64,000 nucleotides of DNA. It comes from Naegleria gruberi (lineage: Eukaryota). Positions within the stretch are counted from its first letter, which is position 1. Every line of letters begins with the position of its first letter. A program made the position numbers and the translations under genes. Positions 52,897-63,518 of this stretch are shown piece after piece. The stretch lies in the NCBI GenBank assembly GCA_000004985.1, contig GG738850.1; one strand, 5' to 3'. The notes below the pieces were generated by a model that saw nothing but the letters and a program-made list of their open reading frames with translations, was not told where the DNA came from and made no database searches.

Positions 52897-54918
52897 TTAA
52901 GGTAATTCTTTCAATAGTGATTGAATAAGTGTTTTAAAATATGATATTGATCTATCCATTTGAGTATCAATGGAGAGAGGTGTTTCATTTCGGAGTAAGT
53001 TGAGAGTGTTCAGAGAAACAAGTTCTCTATGAATGGAAGTGTAAAGTTTGCAATAGGATACATCCTTTGTTAGATGAGCCAATTTGTAACACAATTGTTG
53101 GCTCTTGTGTAAACAAAATGATTTCAGATAGTGTGATAAGGATACTTTCAAATCATCCACTCTATTGTGTTTTAATCCACGTAATTCATGATAATAGGCA
53201 ATATCAGTTTTAGATCCATGAGTGAGAATATGTGAAGAATTAGTCAGATAATCAACATCCTTGTATAAATATAATAATAATCTGTTTTTGTGAGTTTCAA
53301 AATGATTCTTTTCACAGAAATCAATAGCTTTCAATAAATAAGGAAGAATTAGGGCAGTGGTTTCTTCATTCTTTAACAGCTCACAATTTGTTAAATATAC
53401 AGTTACTAGCTGGATAAAATTGAATTCTGTTGATGATTGAAAACAGAGTTTCATCTTTGTGACAGACTCGTGTATGTTATTGTCAAGATGATAGGCTATT
53501 AAAGATTCCAAATATAATAAATCACATGTATCTATTACCAGTGTATTATCCATGATATTTTTGTATTGATTCATTAGTAAATTTACATTTTCTCTATCTC
53601 TCAACTCAATAAAGTGAGTAATAAGCAATCGGTAACATGAACTATCTGATGTTGGAATAGACCTCGAAGATAGTAATTCATAGTCGCTATATAAATCGAG
53701 ACTGGACTTGGTATAACCAATAGAAGATGTTTGATTCTTGATTGAAAGTCTATTGTGACAACTATACAACATCTTATCTCCAATAAGTCTGTAGAAATGA
53801 GCTTTGACATTGGTTAATAATGATTTTGGAAATATTTCAGTTAACAACAAAGGTTTAGATTGATCATAAAGATCCAATGAGTTTTGTTGTTGTAATTGTT
53901 CACATTTACGAATTAAAGAATATATTTGTTGGCAGGCTATTTGATTGTTGAAACCTGTCAGTAACTTGAATTGAATAAAATCCAAAGTAATATAGAATAA
54001 AATAGAAGTGTTATGACTTTGAGCAAACTTGAGTGCCTGAAGAATGAATAATTCAACATTCGAAGATTGATTATGGAAATATTCAATCATTTTGATTTTG
54101 TACAATATTATAAAAGAAAGCAATAGGCAATCATGCTCATTGTTTTGTTGAGATATTTTGATACTTTCCTTTAAAGAGATAGTAGCTTGTTTGTAATATT
54201 TAAAATGATAGTACAGAAGTGCCTTATTCAGTGCCGAATATGATCTATTTTGGAAATAATCATAATAGATATGTACATAGAAATTAGCATTAATAAAATC
54301 CAATTCTCTACAGCTCTGTATATAATTATTATAATAAAGTTTCGGAAATATTTTACTAACACCAATAGGGCTAGTTTTTTTCATACTTCTATTAGAATTA
54401 CTCTCAATAGAATCATTATTTAGCAGCAAAACTTGGGAGTGATTAGATTTAAATCTATTAATACTATCATATAAAGTTTTAACTCCATCAAAAAGTAAAT
54501 TATTAAATAATAAAATAATTTTCCTGAGAAATATTCCATAAATTGAAGTTTTGTTTGCATCAATAGATTTCAATGTATCAAATAATGTTAATAATGCATC
54601 AACACTGTCAATGGTATTGTAAAGTGCGAAAAATCTTGGTATTACTTCGGAATTAATATTTGTTAATTCCGCAATAAATTTATGTATATTTCCATATATT
54701 GGTGTTACTTTATGTTGTATACAATCAATAATAAACTTGTTTACTCCTTCCAAATTTAAATTCTTACATGATACATCCTGAGTAATACTAATTAAAATTG
54801 CTGTACAAATATCATGAGGTGTAATCTTATTGATGGAATATTCTAATAATACTGATGATGGAAGTGAAGGATTGTTTGATGGTATTATTGCTTGTTGATG
54901 CGTTGCAATACCACTCAT
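52897..54918 (-). CDS. ANAPC5: Anaphase-promoting complex subunit 5
   Basis: It is 673 aa. Colinear APC5 blocks are DICTAILISITQDVSC (APC5 YKIAVLVLLNEMSRTG), GIFLRKIILLFNNLLFDGVKTLYDSINRF (GLFLRHMILAYSKLSFSQVFKLYTALQQYF) and ISLKESIKISQQNNEHDCLLLSFIILYKIK (LALQEAIRIAQESNDHVCLQHCLSWLYVLG). The C-terminal half is helical and TPR-like. Confidence 0.65.
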   Translation of the reverse strand: MSGIATHQQAIIPSNNPSLPSSVLLEYSINKITPHDICTAILISITQDVSCKNLNLEGVNKFIIDCIQHKVTPIYGNIHKFIAELTNINSEVIPRFFALYNTIDSVDALLTLFDTLKSIDANKTSIYGIFLRKIILLFNNLLFDGVKTLYDSINRFKSNHSQVLLLNNDSIESNSNRSMKKTSPIGVSKIFPKLYYNNYIQSCRELDFINANFYVHIYYDYFQNRSYSALNKALLYYHFKYYKQATISLKESIKISQQNNEHDCLLLSFIILYKIKMIEYFHNQSSNVELFILQALKFAQSHNTSILFYITLDFIQFKLLTGFNNQIACQQIYSLIRKCEQLQQQNSLDLYDQSKPLLLTEIFPKSLLTNVKAHFYRLIGDKMLYSCHNRLSIKNQTSSIGYTKSSLDLYSDYELLSSRSIPTSDSSCYRLLITHFIELRDRENVNLLMNQYKNIMDNTLVIDTCDLLYLESLIAYHLDNNIHESVTKMKLCFQSSTEFNFIQLVTVYLTNCELLKNEETTALILPYLLKAIDFCEKNHFETHKNRLLLYLYKDVDYLTNSSHILTHGSKTDIAYYHELRGLKHNRVDDLKVSLSHYLKSFCLHKSQQLCYKLAHLTKDVSYCKLYTSIHRELVSLNTLNLLRNETPLSIDTQMDRSISYFKTLIQSLLKELP

Positions 54919-55124
54919 TTTTTTACTATTTATTTTAAATTTTAAATTTAGGCGGGAATTATTTCTTAACGTTATGATGATAGCATAATTGTTACTTTCT
55001 TGGTGTCATTAAGTATTGATACTAACAGCCTTGCAAAGATATAAATTAAAAGGAATTAGAATTTTAATTATTATTATTTTAATCTTGGTTCAATTTTAGA
55101 AATTGAATTAAAAATTATTAAAAA

Positions 55125-56039
55125 ATGTTCAAAACTAAAGTGATTGGAAATCAATGTTCAACATTTTATAAAATCGGAAGTCAACAACAATGCATTAATA
55201 ACAATAGTATTAATAGGAAATTTACAACAAGCTTTAAAACTTTGGACCATTCTTATAATTTGACCAAACTCTTCCCAATTTATAATCCTAATAATTTTAA
55301 TAATACAACAAAAAGCACCACAACACCTGCTACTAGTAATAGTACAAATACACCAATTCAACAAACGATAGGAAGTGGCTCTGGAGAAAAAATTGTATTT
55401 AATCAATTTCAAAAACAAAAGAATAGTACACCTAAAAAGTTGAATAAGAGTTTATCAAAATTCAATTCATTGAGTATTATTACAAAACATACAGTCACAT
55501 TTAATGAAGTTAAAGATGGAAAGGATGATTCTAAACTTGTACCTCAAATAAGTGCAGGTACACCTATTTTACGTATTAACCATGATCCAATATCAGATGT
55601 TATTGATCTGAACAAATTGGGAAGTAGTATGAATACTATCAAGGCATCAAACAAAATTCAACATTATAGACTTCATGCAATAATTTATAATTGGCATAAT
55701 GTTATCGAATGCTTAAATTTTGAATCTAAATTACAAAATACTTTCACTTTGAAACAATTAATGAACAAACTTGCGAACGTTCTTTCCAATCCAAACAGTG
55801 ATTTTTATCTTGGAAAAGAATCAAAAGAGACCAATACTATTTTAAATGAAGGTAAAACTCTGCATTTTGCATTCCTGTCTAGAGAGATTATTGAATGTAT
55901 TTCTTCAATCAACAATCCTTTGTATAGAGAAATGATTTCAAATTTTTCGACTGATTCTGATATTATCAAGTCCACAAACTATGATATTGTCTACAAGTTA
56001 GATGATGAATTGTTGAAGAAACATGACATAAAAATCTAA
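55125..56039 (+). CDS. Hypothetical low-complexity protein (N/T/S-rich), 304 aa
   Basis: The ORF has an ATG at 55125 and I recognise no family. Its stop (56037-56039) directly abuts the stop of the convergent downstream gene. Confidence 0.4.
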   Translation: MFKTKVIGNQCSTFYKIGSQQQCINNNSINRKFTTSFKTLDHSYNLTKLFPIYNPNNFNNTTKSTTTPATSNSTNTPIQQTIGSGSGEKIVFNQFQKQKNSTPKKLNKSLSKFNSLSIITKHTVTFNEVKDGKDDSKLVPQISAGTPILRINHDPISDVIDLNKLGSSMNTIKASNKIQHYRLHAIIYNWHNVIECLNFESKLQNTFTLKQLMNKLANVLSNPNSDFYLGKESKETNTILNEGKTLHFAFLSREIIECISSINNPLYREMISNFSTDSDIIKSTNYDIVYKLDDELLKKHDIKI

Positions 56040-57012
56040 TTATTTTTCCACTAACTTCATCCATTCATGCAATTCCTTTTTTGTTGACATGTACAGTTCT
56101 GACAATCTTTTGATTTCGTCCTGTTGTGCTTTTCTTTCTTCCTCTCTTTCCATCATCAATTTAGTAATGAATTGATTTTTTGTGTGTAATAGTTTTTTAA
56201 GCTCTTCATAGCTGCAAATTGTAAGCAAAAATCATTCCAATAACTTACTTGTACTTGTAAAAAGTCAAATCTTTCATATCTCCTTGATCGTATTCTAATA
56301 AGGTTGTCATGTATGAGGGGTTGTCAATTGAGAGGCATAAATTCTTCTCAGATAAAAACATTGATTCTGTTATCAAATTCGAAATGTCTGAAAATGTTGA
56401 ATACTCTGCATTAGCCGGAATATCGTCTCTTCCTTGAGTTAATTCCAATCCAACCTTATTCGAGAAAATCTGTATCTGATTCAATTGATTTAGAACACTA
56501 CTTTCGTCCTGTTTTAAAACAAGCATTTTGTTTGACTCTTGAAGATTGAGATTGTTGATGAGTGTATCCATTTGAACTTTATACTCATTGCACAGCTTGT
56601 CTTTTGCCTTTCTAACCAGAGTCATTTTACTCTGTATTTTGTATAACTGTGACAGAAGAGATTGTTTGGTTGGAATTAATTTAGAGTTGATTAGGAATTG
56701 AAGTTCTGTAAGTTGTTTTTCATAAACATGATTATTAATATTTCTTGAGGCAATAAAGTTTAGCTTATGTAAATCATAATTTTGAGAGGTGGGTATTTGA
56801 TTTTCTTGAGTGGTCTCAACCTTCTTTGGTTCCTCAATTTTAGGCTCTTCCTCACTTGTTGATTTTCTTGATTTTTTAGATGAAGATGATCTCTTTTCCT
56901 TCTTTTCCTTTTTATCTTTCTTTTTCTTCTTGTCTTCCGATTCATCTGAAGATTTTGATGATTTGGACTTTTTGGAGGATGAGGAGGAACGAGACTTTTT
57001 CTCTGAAGGCAT
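56040..57012 (-). CDS. Hypothetical protein with S/K-rich basic N-terminus and C-terminal coiled coil
   Basis: The probable model is join(complement(56040..56211),complement(56249..57012)). A 37-nt intron (GTAAGT donor overlapping the apparent stop ...YKYK*, acceptor TTTGCAG, phase 2) links track ORFs 56245..57012 and 56040..56228. The unspliced alternative gives 255 aa ending at 56245. Confidence 0.45.
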
Positions 57013-57099
57013 TTTTTTGTACTTTTTTTGGCGCCAAAAACATTTCCATTAAGAAAATTATAATGCTGTTCACGAGAAATGATTAATGATATTATTATG

Positions 57100-59341
57100 T
57101 TATGGATTCAGTAATTTACTGAAAAATCCATTGTACTTTTTCACAGCAACTTTTGCAGATTTTTCTCCTTGTTCAGCTAATTTTCTAATCTTTGATATGG
57201 CAGATTGAATTCCAGCATCTGCTGCCTTTTCATAGTAGTGACAAGCTTTGGCTAAATCACGTGGAACATAATTTCCCTCTTCATACATAATTCCAAGCCA
57301 TGCATTTGCATTGATATTGCCACCACTAGCACTCCTGGAAAAGTATTTGAATGCCAATTCTTTATCCACTTTAGTTCCAATGCCCATCAAATGAATTCTT
57401 CCCATATCACACATGGCTGTCATATTTCCATTAGATGCACTCTGTTCATACCAATATTTTGCAGAATCATCATTTTTTACAACACTTCCACAACCATTTT
57501 TAAAGAAATAGGCAACATGTAGTTGACTTTCATGAAATCCTAATTTTGCTGATTTCTGGAAATATTCAAAAGCTTTATCAACATCTTTCTTAACTCCAGT
57601 ACCATTTTCGTACATTAATCCTAATCTATTAAGAGCCCACGGAGTATTACTCTCCAAATAATATTCTGATAAAATTAATTACAATAGATTAATTTTCAAT
57701 AAACTTACTAATAGCATTTCTATAGTTTTGTTTCACACCATACCCATGTTCATGCATTGCTCCTAACAGAAAAGTGGCATTTGAATTGCTATTGTTTGTC
57801 ATTTCAAAATTGCAGCAGTCTAATAATCTCTTGAGATCCTTCTTGTCTGAATAATATTTCAACAAGTGAATGATATTTTGCATGGAATTGAAATCAAAGT
57901 TTCTATGTGTGGTGAAAATTTCAAACATTAATTGAAATGCTTCCTTATAGTTTTTACAATCCATGGCAAGAATAGCTTTTCTCTCACTTTCAGCAATAAA
58001 AGTTTCTGCTCTATCAGAGCTTTTCATTATTAATGGATTGGATAATATGCTTTCGTAGGAAGGTCTTGAGAGAGGATCCTTTGCCAACATTTTGAGCAAT
58101 AGGTCAATAATGGAGCTATCACATTTTGCTAATTTCAACGAGTTTTCAATTTCTTCCATGGAAATGTTAGCACATCTAGAACGTAAATCAAAGGTTAACA
58201 ACTGATAAACAGATACTCCAATTGCAAAGATATCACTCTTAATAGAATAGGGAAGAACCCTCTCATTAGACGAAAGTATTTCAGGTGCTAGGTATTGTTC
58301 CGTTCCAGCCAAACTCAAAGAAGTTAAACTATCTGATATAACAGTACTTCCACCAAAATCCGCAAGTACAATTTCAATCCGATTTCCAATAGGATCAAAC
58401 TTTCTTAGTAGGATATTCAAAGGTTTAATATCTCGATGCACAATTATTCCTCTTTTCTGTTGATTGAAATAATGTAAAGCAGCACACAACTGATAAATAC
58501 ATTGGAATATCATTTCATTGGAAAGAGGTATCTTTTTTTCAATAATGGCCTTTTTCATGCTTCCTAGCTCCATATATTCCATTACAATACAAAATACATC
58601 AAATAATGTAAACATTTCATAAACTTTGATCGAATAATTGTGACTGAACACTATTGTCTTGGTTCCTTCATTAAAATCCATCGTCCCCTCAATACAAGTA
58701 ACTGGAACAACTTTGATTGCTACAATTTTAGAGTCCAACTTTCGAGTTGCTTTAAAAACTTTTCCAAAAGCACCTTCTCCAATTATACTCATCTCTGAAT
58801 ATTGATTCAATAGTACTGAGAGAATTTCACTAGCTCTAGTACTCTTCAAACCCACGATAAGTTCATCATAATTCGAATCAATTGAAGTAGAAACAACAGG
58901 TGCTTCATCATGATGACTTGATTGATTCGTACTATTTTCAGTAGTATTATTATTCGAAAGACTATTTTCCCTACTATCGGTTGATGTACTACTACCACTA
59001 TTACTACTAACAGTACTTTTAGTACTTGTAATACTGCTATTGTTAGTAGAAGTATTGGAAGTGTTACTATTAATTTTCTTTTCATTACTTTCGAATACTA
59101 CTTCAACAATCAGTGGATGATCTAGTTGAGTACTAAATGTCTTCATCATGTTTCTTACATCTGTATCATTTCTGAGTGTAATTAATAAATTTGCCGTTGG
59201 ATGTTTATATTTCAAAAAGAAGTGAATTTCATTTGATGATGAGAGAAGATCTAGCACTTGACTTGTTATGAATTCCAATGTTGAACATTCGTCCAGAAAG
59301 AGGAGAATATTATGAGATAAACACTGAACAATACATTGCAT
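57100..59341 (-). CDS. Ser/Thr protein kinase with C-terminal Sel1-like repeats, about 732 aa
   Basis: Gene model is join(complement(57100..57665),complement(57709..59341)). The 43-nt intron has a GTAAGT donor and TTTTATCAG acceptor, in phase 1. Splicing fuses the kinase ORF to the Sel1 ORF, giving a continuous Sel1 unit ...LLGAMHEHGYGVKQNYRNAIKYYLESNTPWALNRLGLMYENGTGVKKD.... Kinase motifs are GEGAFGKVFKA, VAIKVV, HRDIKPLNILL, ADFGGS and YLAPE. At least four Sel1 units of the form G.MYE.G.GV..D...A..Y follow. Confidence 0.75.
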
Positions 59342-59919
59342 TGTTTAATATTTTTTCAATTATTATTAAAAACAACAAATCTCCTTTTCACAACAGTTTT
59401 CAACAGTTCAAAAATCTTCACGTCAAACAAAATTCTTTTAAAAAATGTCTTCAAATTGGTATAGAGCTTCACCTTTCGGAAAGTGTCTGCTCATATTGAC
59501 TTGTTCATGTTTTGTGGGGTGTTGTGCTGACAGAGACACTGACATTGAAGAGTACGAACAAGATGGCAATAGTAGATTCCATAAATTTCATTCCACTGTG
59601 TAATTGGATATTTATTTTTTTGCAATGTTTGTTGTGATTCTTTTAATTGGATTTTGATGTTGTGCAAAATGTTGTAGCCTTAGTATACTAGTAATCCATC
59701 TCATGTTACCTGTACATTCATTGTAAACTATTTAAATATTAAATATAATATTCCAGAAATTCAACCCTTAAGAGAAACTAATCACAGATTAAACAGTTTC
59801 ATTTTCTTTTGAAAAAATATGTAAAAAGTTCTAGTTACTAACTTTCTCTGAAAGAACTGTCTGTTTGTCTGTTTATCTCATAAACAATTTGGAAGTTCAA
59901 ACTTTAATTTATCAAAAAA

Positions 59920-60755
59920 ATGTTAGCACAAGACAATGATATAAAGAACAAAGTTAGAAGATTTGTTAGAAAGTATCACATCAAACAACCTCTTCAAAAA
60001 CGAATCTTTGATAAGCACAAATTCGAACCATTAACAGAATCTCCCTTAATAGCATCTGAAGAAAATACAGAGTTTCTTTCCCATCAGAACTCTGCCTACT
60101 CGGGTTTATCCCAATACCAAATACACAAAACTGCAGAATTGAAAAAAGGTCCTTGTGGAGTTGGACTAGCAAACTTTCAATTCTAGTTGAAATGGAAAGT
60201 TTAGGAGATGATGCTTACTTTACCTTTGATTCCACCACGCATTCAATGATAGGAATTGCAGATGGAGTTGGAGGTTGGAATAGGAATGGTTCCACAGGTA
60301 TTGCAGCACTAGTTAGCAATAGAATAATGTCGGAATGCTTAAAATGTTGTGAGAATGGGGAACGTGATCCTAGAAATGTAATGAAACAATCATTTGAGAA
60401 TATTGTGAAAGATAACTTGAGTAAAGGTAGTTCAACAGTTTGCATTGCATCCATTGATAAGATGGCTAACAAGCTCAGTGTTTGTAATTTTGGAGATTCT
60501 CAATATGATATCATTCTATTATTTACAGATGGAGTGTGTGATAATCTCTTTCAATCTGAAATTCTTGAAATTTGTACTGGACTTGATACATCCTATGAAA
60601 TTGCTTGTTCAATTGTGAAAAAATCAAAAGAAAAAACGAGAACACCATCCACTGACTTTGCAGAAATCTATCCCACACCATTTTCAAAAAGCAGAAATTT
60701 GAAATATACTGCAAAACCAGATGATATCACTTGTGTATGTCAAATAATTGAATAA
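59920..60755 (+). CDS. PPTC7: PP2C-family phosphatase, PPTC7 (TA-PP2C)-like, with an internal frame discontinuity
   Basis: Both track ORFs, 59920..60186 and 60153..60755, match PPTC7. Matching blocks are ...ELKK..., ESLGDDAYF (PPTC7 GACYGDDACF), IGIADGVGGW (LGVADGVGGW), GSSTVCIASID, NFGDS, DIILLFTDGVCDN (DIILTATDGLFDN) and KPDDITCV (KPDDITVL). The two halves are in different frames around 60147-60190. Either a 38-nt intron 60149..60186 with an atypical GTCCTT donor joins them, or there is an indel/frameshift. A segment of roughly 55 aa between the GDS and TDG motifs present in PPTC7 is absent. Confidence 0.55.
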
Positions 60756-60854
60756 CTCAATAAAACCTTAAAACAACAATCCGATATATGGATAACATCA
60801 ATTATCAAATATCTGAATCAGTTGTTTAGATATTTTAAATATTATTTAAAAAAA

Positions 60855-62445
60855 ATGTTTAGAGAACAAGAAGAGGAGGAAATTTATCAACATCAACGAA
60901 ATAATCTTGGTCGACATGGAAACAATGAAGATGATGGTACTCTGACAGAGTATCATCATCGTGATAAATCTTCATCAATTCTACAATTCCTGAGGAATAA
61001 CAAGATTTATATTGCAATCTTTATTGTAGCCTTTATTATTTGTATTGGATTATTAATTGGATTAATTGTTTATAATATTGTTAGTAAACCAAATATTGTA
61101 GATCATGTTTCGGATAGGAGAGTCTTGATGATCTCTATTGATGGATTCCGACCTGATTATTTGGACATGTTTAAGGATGATTGTAAGAATTTAACTCGTG
61201 TATTTATGGATGGTGTTAGAGCCAAGACAATGAAACCAATATTTCCATCAAAAACATTTCCAAATCACTATACGATTGTTACTGGACTTTATGCTGAATC
61301 TCATGGAATAGTTTCAAATTCGTAAGTTTGTTAAATTGATTATTCAACCTGGAAAATGTTAGTTTTTATGATCCAAATTTCAATGCCAAGTTTAGTATGG
61401 GATCTGATGAATCCATCAAATCTAGATGGTGGTTAGGAGAACCTATTTGGGTAACTGCTGAAAAACAAGGAATGGTTGCAGGAAGTTTCTTCTGGCCTGG
61501 CTCAGATGTGGAAATTCAAGGAAGATATCCAACCTATTACAAGAAATATGATGGAGATGTTGATTATGAGACAAGAGTCAAAACTGTATTTGAATGGTTA
61601 GATTCAGATAAACCACCACAAATTGTATTGACCTATTTCAGTGCTGTGGATACTGCAGGTCACAAGTAAGTTTTATTTTTCATGTTTACAATATGGATAC
61701 AAATATAATAATAATTAAATAACTATAGATATGGACCTATTTATTCTGAAGAATTGAGGGCAGCTGTAAAAGAAGTGGATAATTCTATAGGACTTGTTCT
61801 TTCACAATTGGAAAAGAGAAATTTGACTGATAAAGTAGATTTGATTATTGTGAGTGATCATGGTATGGCTTACACTCCAGAATCAAAGATTGTGAGAATG
61901 ACAGATATATTAGGAAGAAATGTTTTGGTTGGAGATGAAATTTTCAGTATGAATGATGGTCCATTCTTTGATTTGTATATTAAGGACAAATCTAAAGTTG
62001 AACCCCTATTTAATGAATTAGCGAATTCAATTCAAAATAATAGTACCTTCTCAACTGCCATTCAAGGTGTTTATTTGAAGAATAATATGCCAGATAGATT
62101 CCATTTTGTAAATTCTGACAGAATTCCAGATATTACCATACTTGCCAAACCTGAATACTCGATTTTAAGATATTCTACTAGTACCTTGTACGGTAAGTGC
62201 TAATAATTTAGTATTATTGATCTTAATGCGATTTAAAAGGAAATGGAAATCATGGATGGGATAATGAATCAGATTTAATGGGTAGCTTATTTATTGCCAG
62301 AGGAAAGCACTTTAAACAAGGGTTTACATCTGAGGAATCTGTTAGAAATTTGGATGTTTATTCATTACTTTGTAAATTATTGAATTTAACACCAGCTCCA
62401 AATAACGGTACTGCTGATAATTTTTCGTCCTTCTTGAAACTCTAA
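60855..62445 (+). CDS. Ectonucleotide pyrophosphatase/phosphodiesterase (ENPP) family, type II signal-anchor, about 479 aa
   Basis: Gene model is join(60855..61321,61363..61665,61729..62192,62240..62445). Three GTAAGT introns of 41, 63 and 47 nt are in phases 2, 2 and 1. Together they fuse four track ORFs. The catalytic-domain signatures are ISIDGFRPDY, KTFPNHYTIVTGLYAESHGIVSN, WW.GEPIWVTAEKQG and FFWPGSDVEIQG. The others are SDHGMAY, GNHGWDNESDLMGSLFIARG and LLNLTPAPNNGT, nearly identical to ENPP1 MCDLLNLTPAPNNGT. The N-terminal TM is IYIAIFIVAFIICIGLLIGLIVYNIV. The first ATG is at 60855. Confidence 0.8.
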
Positions 62446-62498
62446 GCATTGATTTCAAATGAATGAAAAATGATTATTAATCAATTGACTACTTCAAT

Positions 62499-63518
62499 TT
62501 ATTTCTTATTGGTGAGATGTATAGTGGAATCTTTATACTGTCTCATGAATTTCAATCCATAAACACACGTAAAAACGAAAAATGTGATAATCCCTAGATA
62601 AACACAGCCAAGATGAAGAATGGTATAATCAATATAGGGCACGTTTGTGGAAAGCATTACACTACTTGGAAATCCATTGATTGGATCTGCATTGGGATTT
62701 GTATAATCGTGTTGAGAGACAAATTTACCACGTCCTCCATATTTTCTATGCTTAATTCTATGTCTCAAACTCCAAACATCAATACATGGTGGTATAATTA
62801 ATAAAATGGGTTGTAATAACCAACGGATTAAACTGAAATCCCCCAATGTGACCAACCATTTAGTGAGCTCAATTTTATGTCCACAATAAGCACCATAGAT
62901 TATAAATTCTTGTTCATCATCTTCATCAGGTCTGAAAACAATGGAATCACCCTCAAAAGTTTGATTCTCAATCCTTCCCCAACAAATTCTTTGATCCAAC
63001 TTGTAAAGGTAAAAGTAGTGCATGAGTCCAAGTGCTTTCCATAAGCCAAGTGATGTAATATCTAAATAGGTGTTCCAAATACAAGGTAAGATCATTTCGA
63101 GGTTTCCATCCCACTTTTTATCTGTATGAGTAAGATCTAGATATCTACCTCCAACCCTTGTACCTCTCATCTCATTTCTTACAATAGTGAAAACAAAAAA
63201 CGGTTTCAAGAAGAATGTTACATCAATAAGCCAAACTAATGTTGGAAAGAATCCATGAATAATATTGAATATCTTATTTTCTATTTGGAGAAGCTGAGAA
63301 GAATCATCGTTCGTATAATCAGATGTATTATCATCTTGGTCCACATGTGATAATAAACCAATATTACTTTCATTGATAGATTGATTATGAGAAGTTGTAA
63401 AACTAAATCTGCCACCAAAGTCAACCTTCTTTACAACCACCAAATATACCTTCATAGCAATAGTAATAATAACAGAAATACAAATGGGTACAATTAATAA
63501 AACAAACAATGGAGCCAT
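62499..63518 (-). CDS. Hypothetical multi-pass membrane protein of about 339 aa
   Basis: The ATG at 63516-63518 begins MAPLFVLLIVPICISVIITIAM, a signal or anchor. Several hydrophobic helices follow, and a His-rich loop WSLRHRIKHRKYGG. I cannot assign a family. Confidence 0.4.
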   Translation of the reverse strand: MAPLFVLLIVPICISVIITIAMKVYLVVVKKVDFGGRFSFTTSHNQSINESNIGLLSHVDQDDNTSDYTNDDSSQLLQIENKIFNIIHGFFPTLVWLIDVTFFLKPFFVFTIVRNEMRGTRVGGRYLDLTHTDKKWDGNLEMILPCIWNTYLDITSLGLWKALGLMHYFYLYKLDQRICWGRIENQTFEGDSIVFRPDEDDEQEFIIYGAYCGHKIELTKWLVTLGDFSLIRWLLQPILLIIPPCIDVWSLRHRIKHRKYGGRGKFVSQHDYTNPNADPINGFPSSVMLSTNVPYIDYTILHLGCVYLGIITFFVFTCVYGLKFMRQYKDSTIHLTNKK

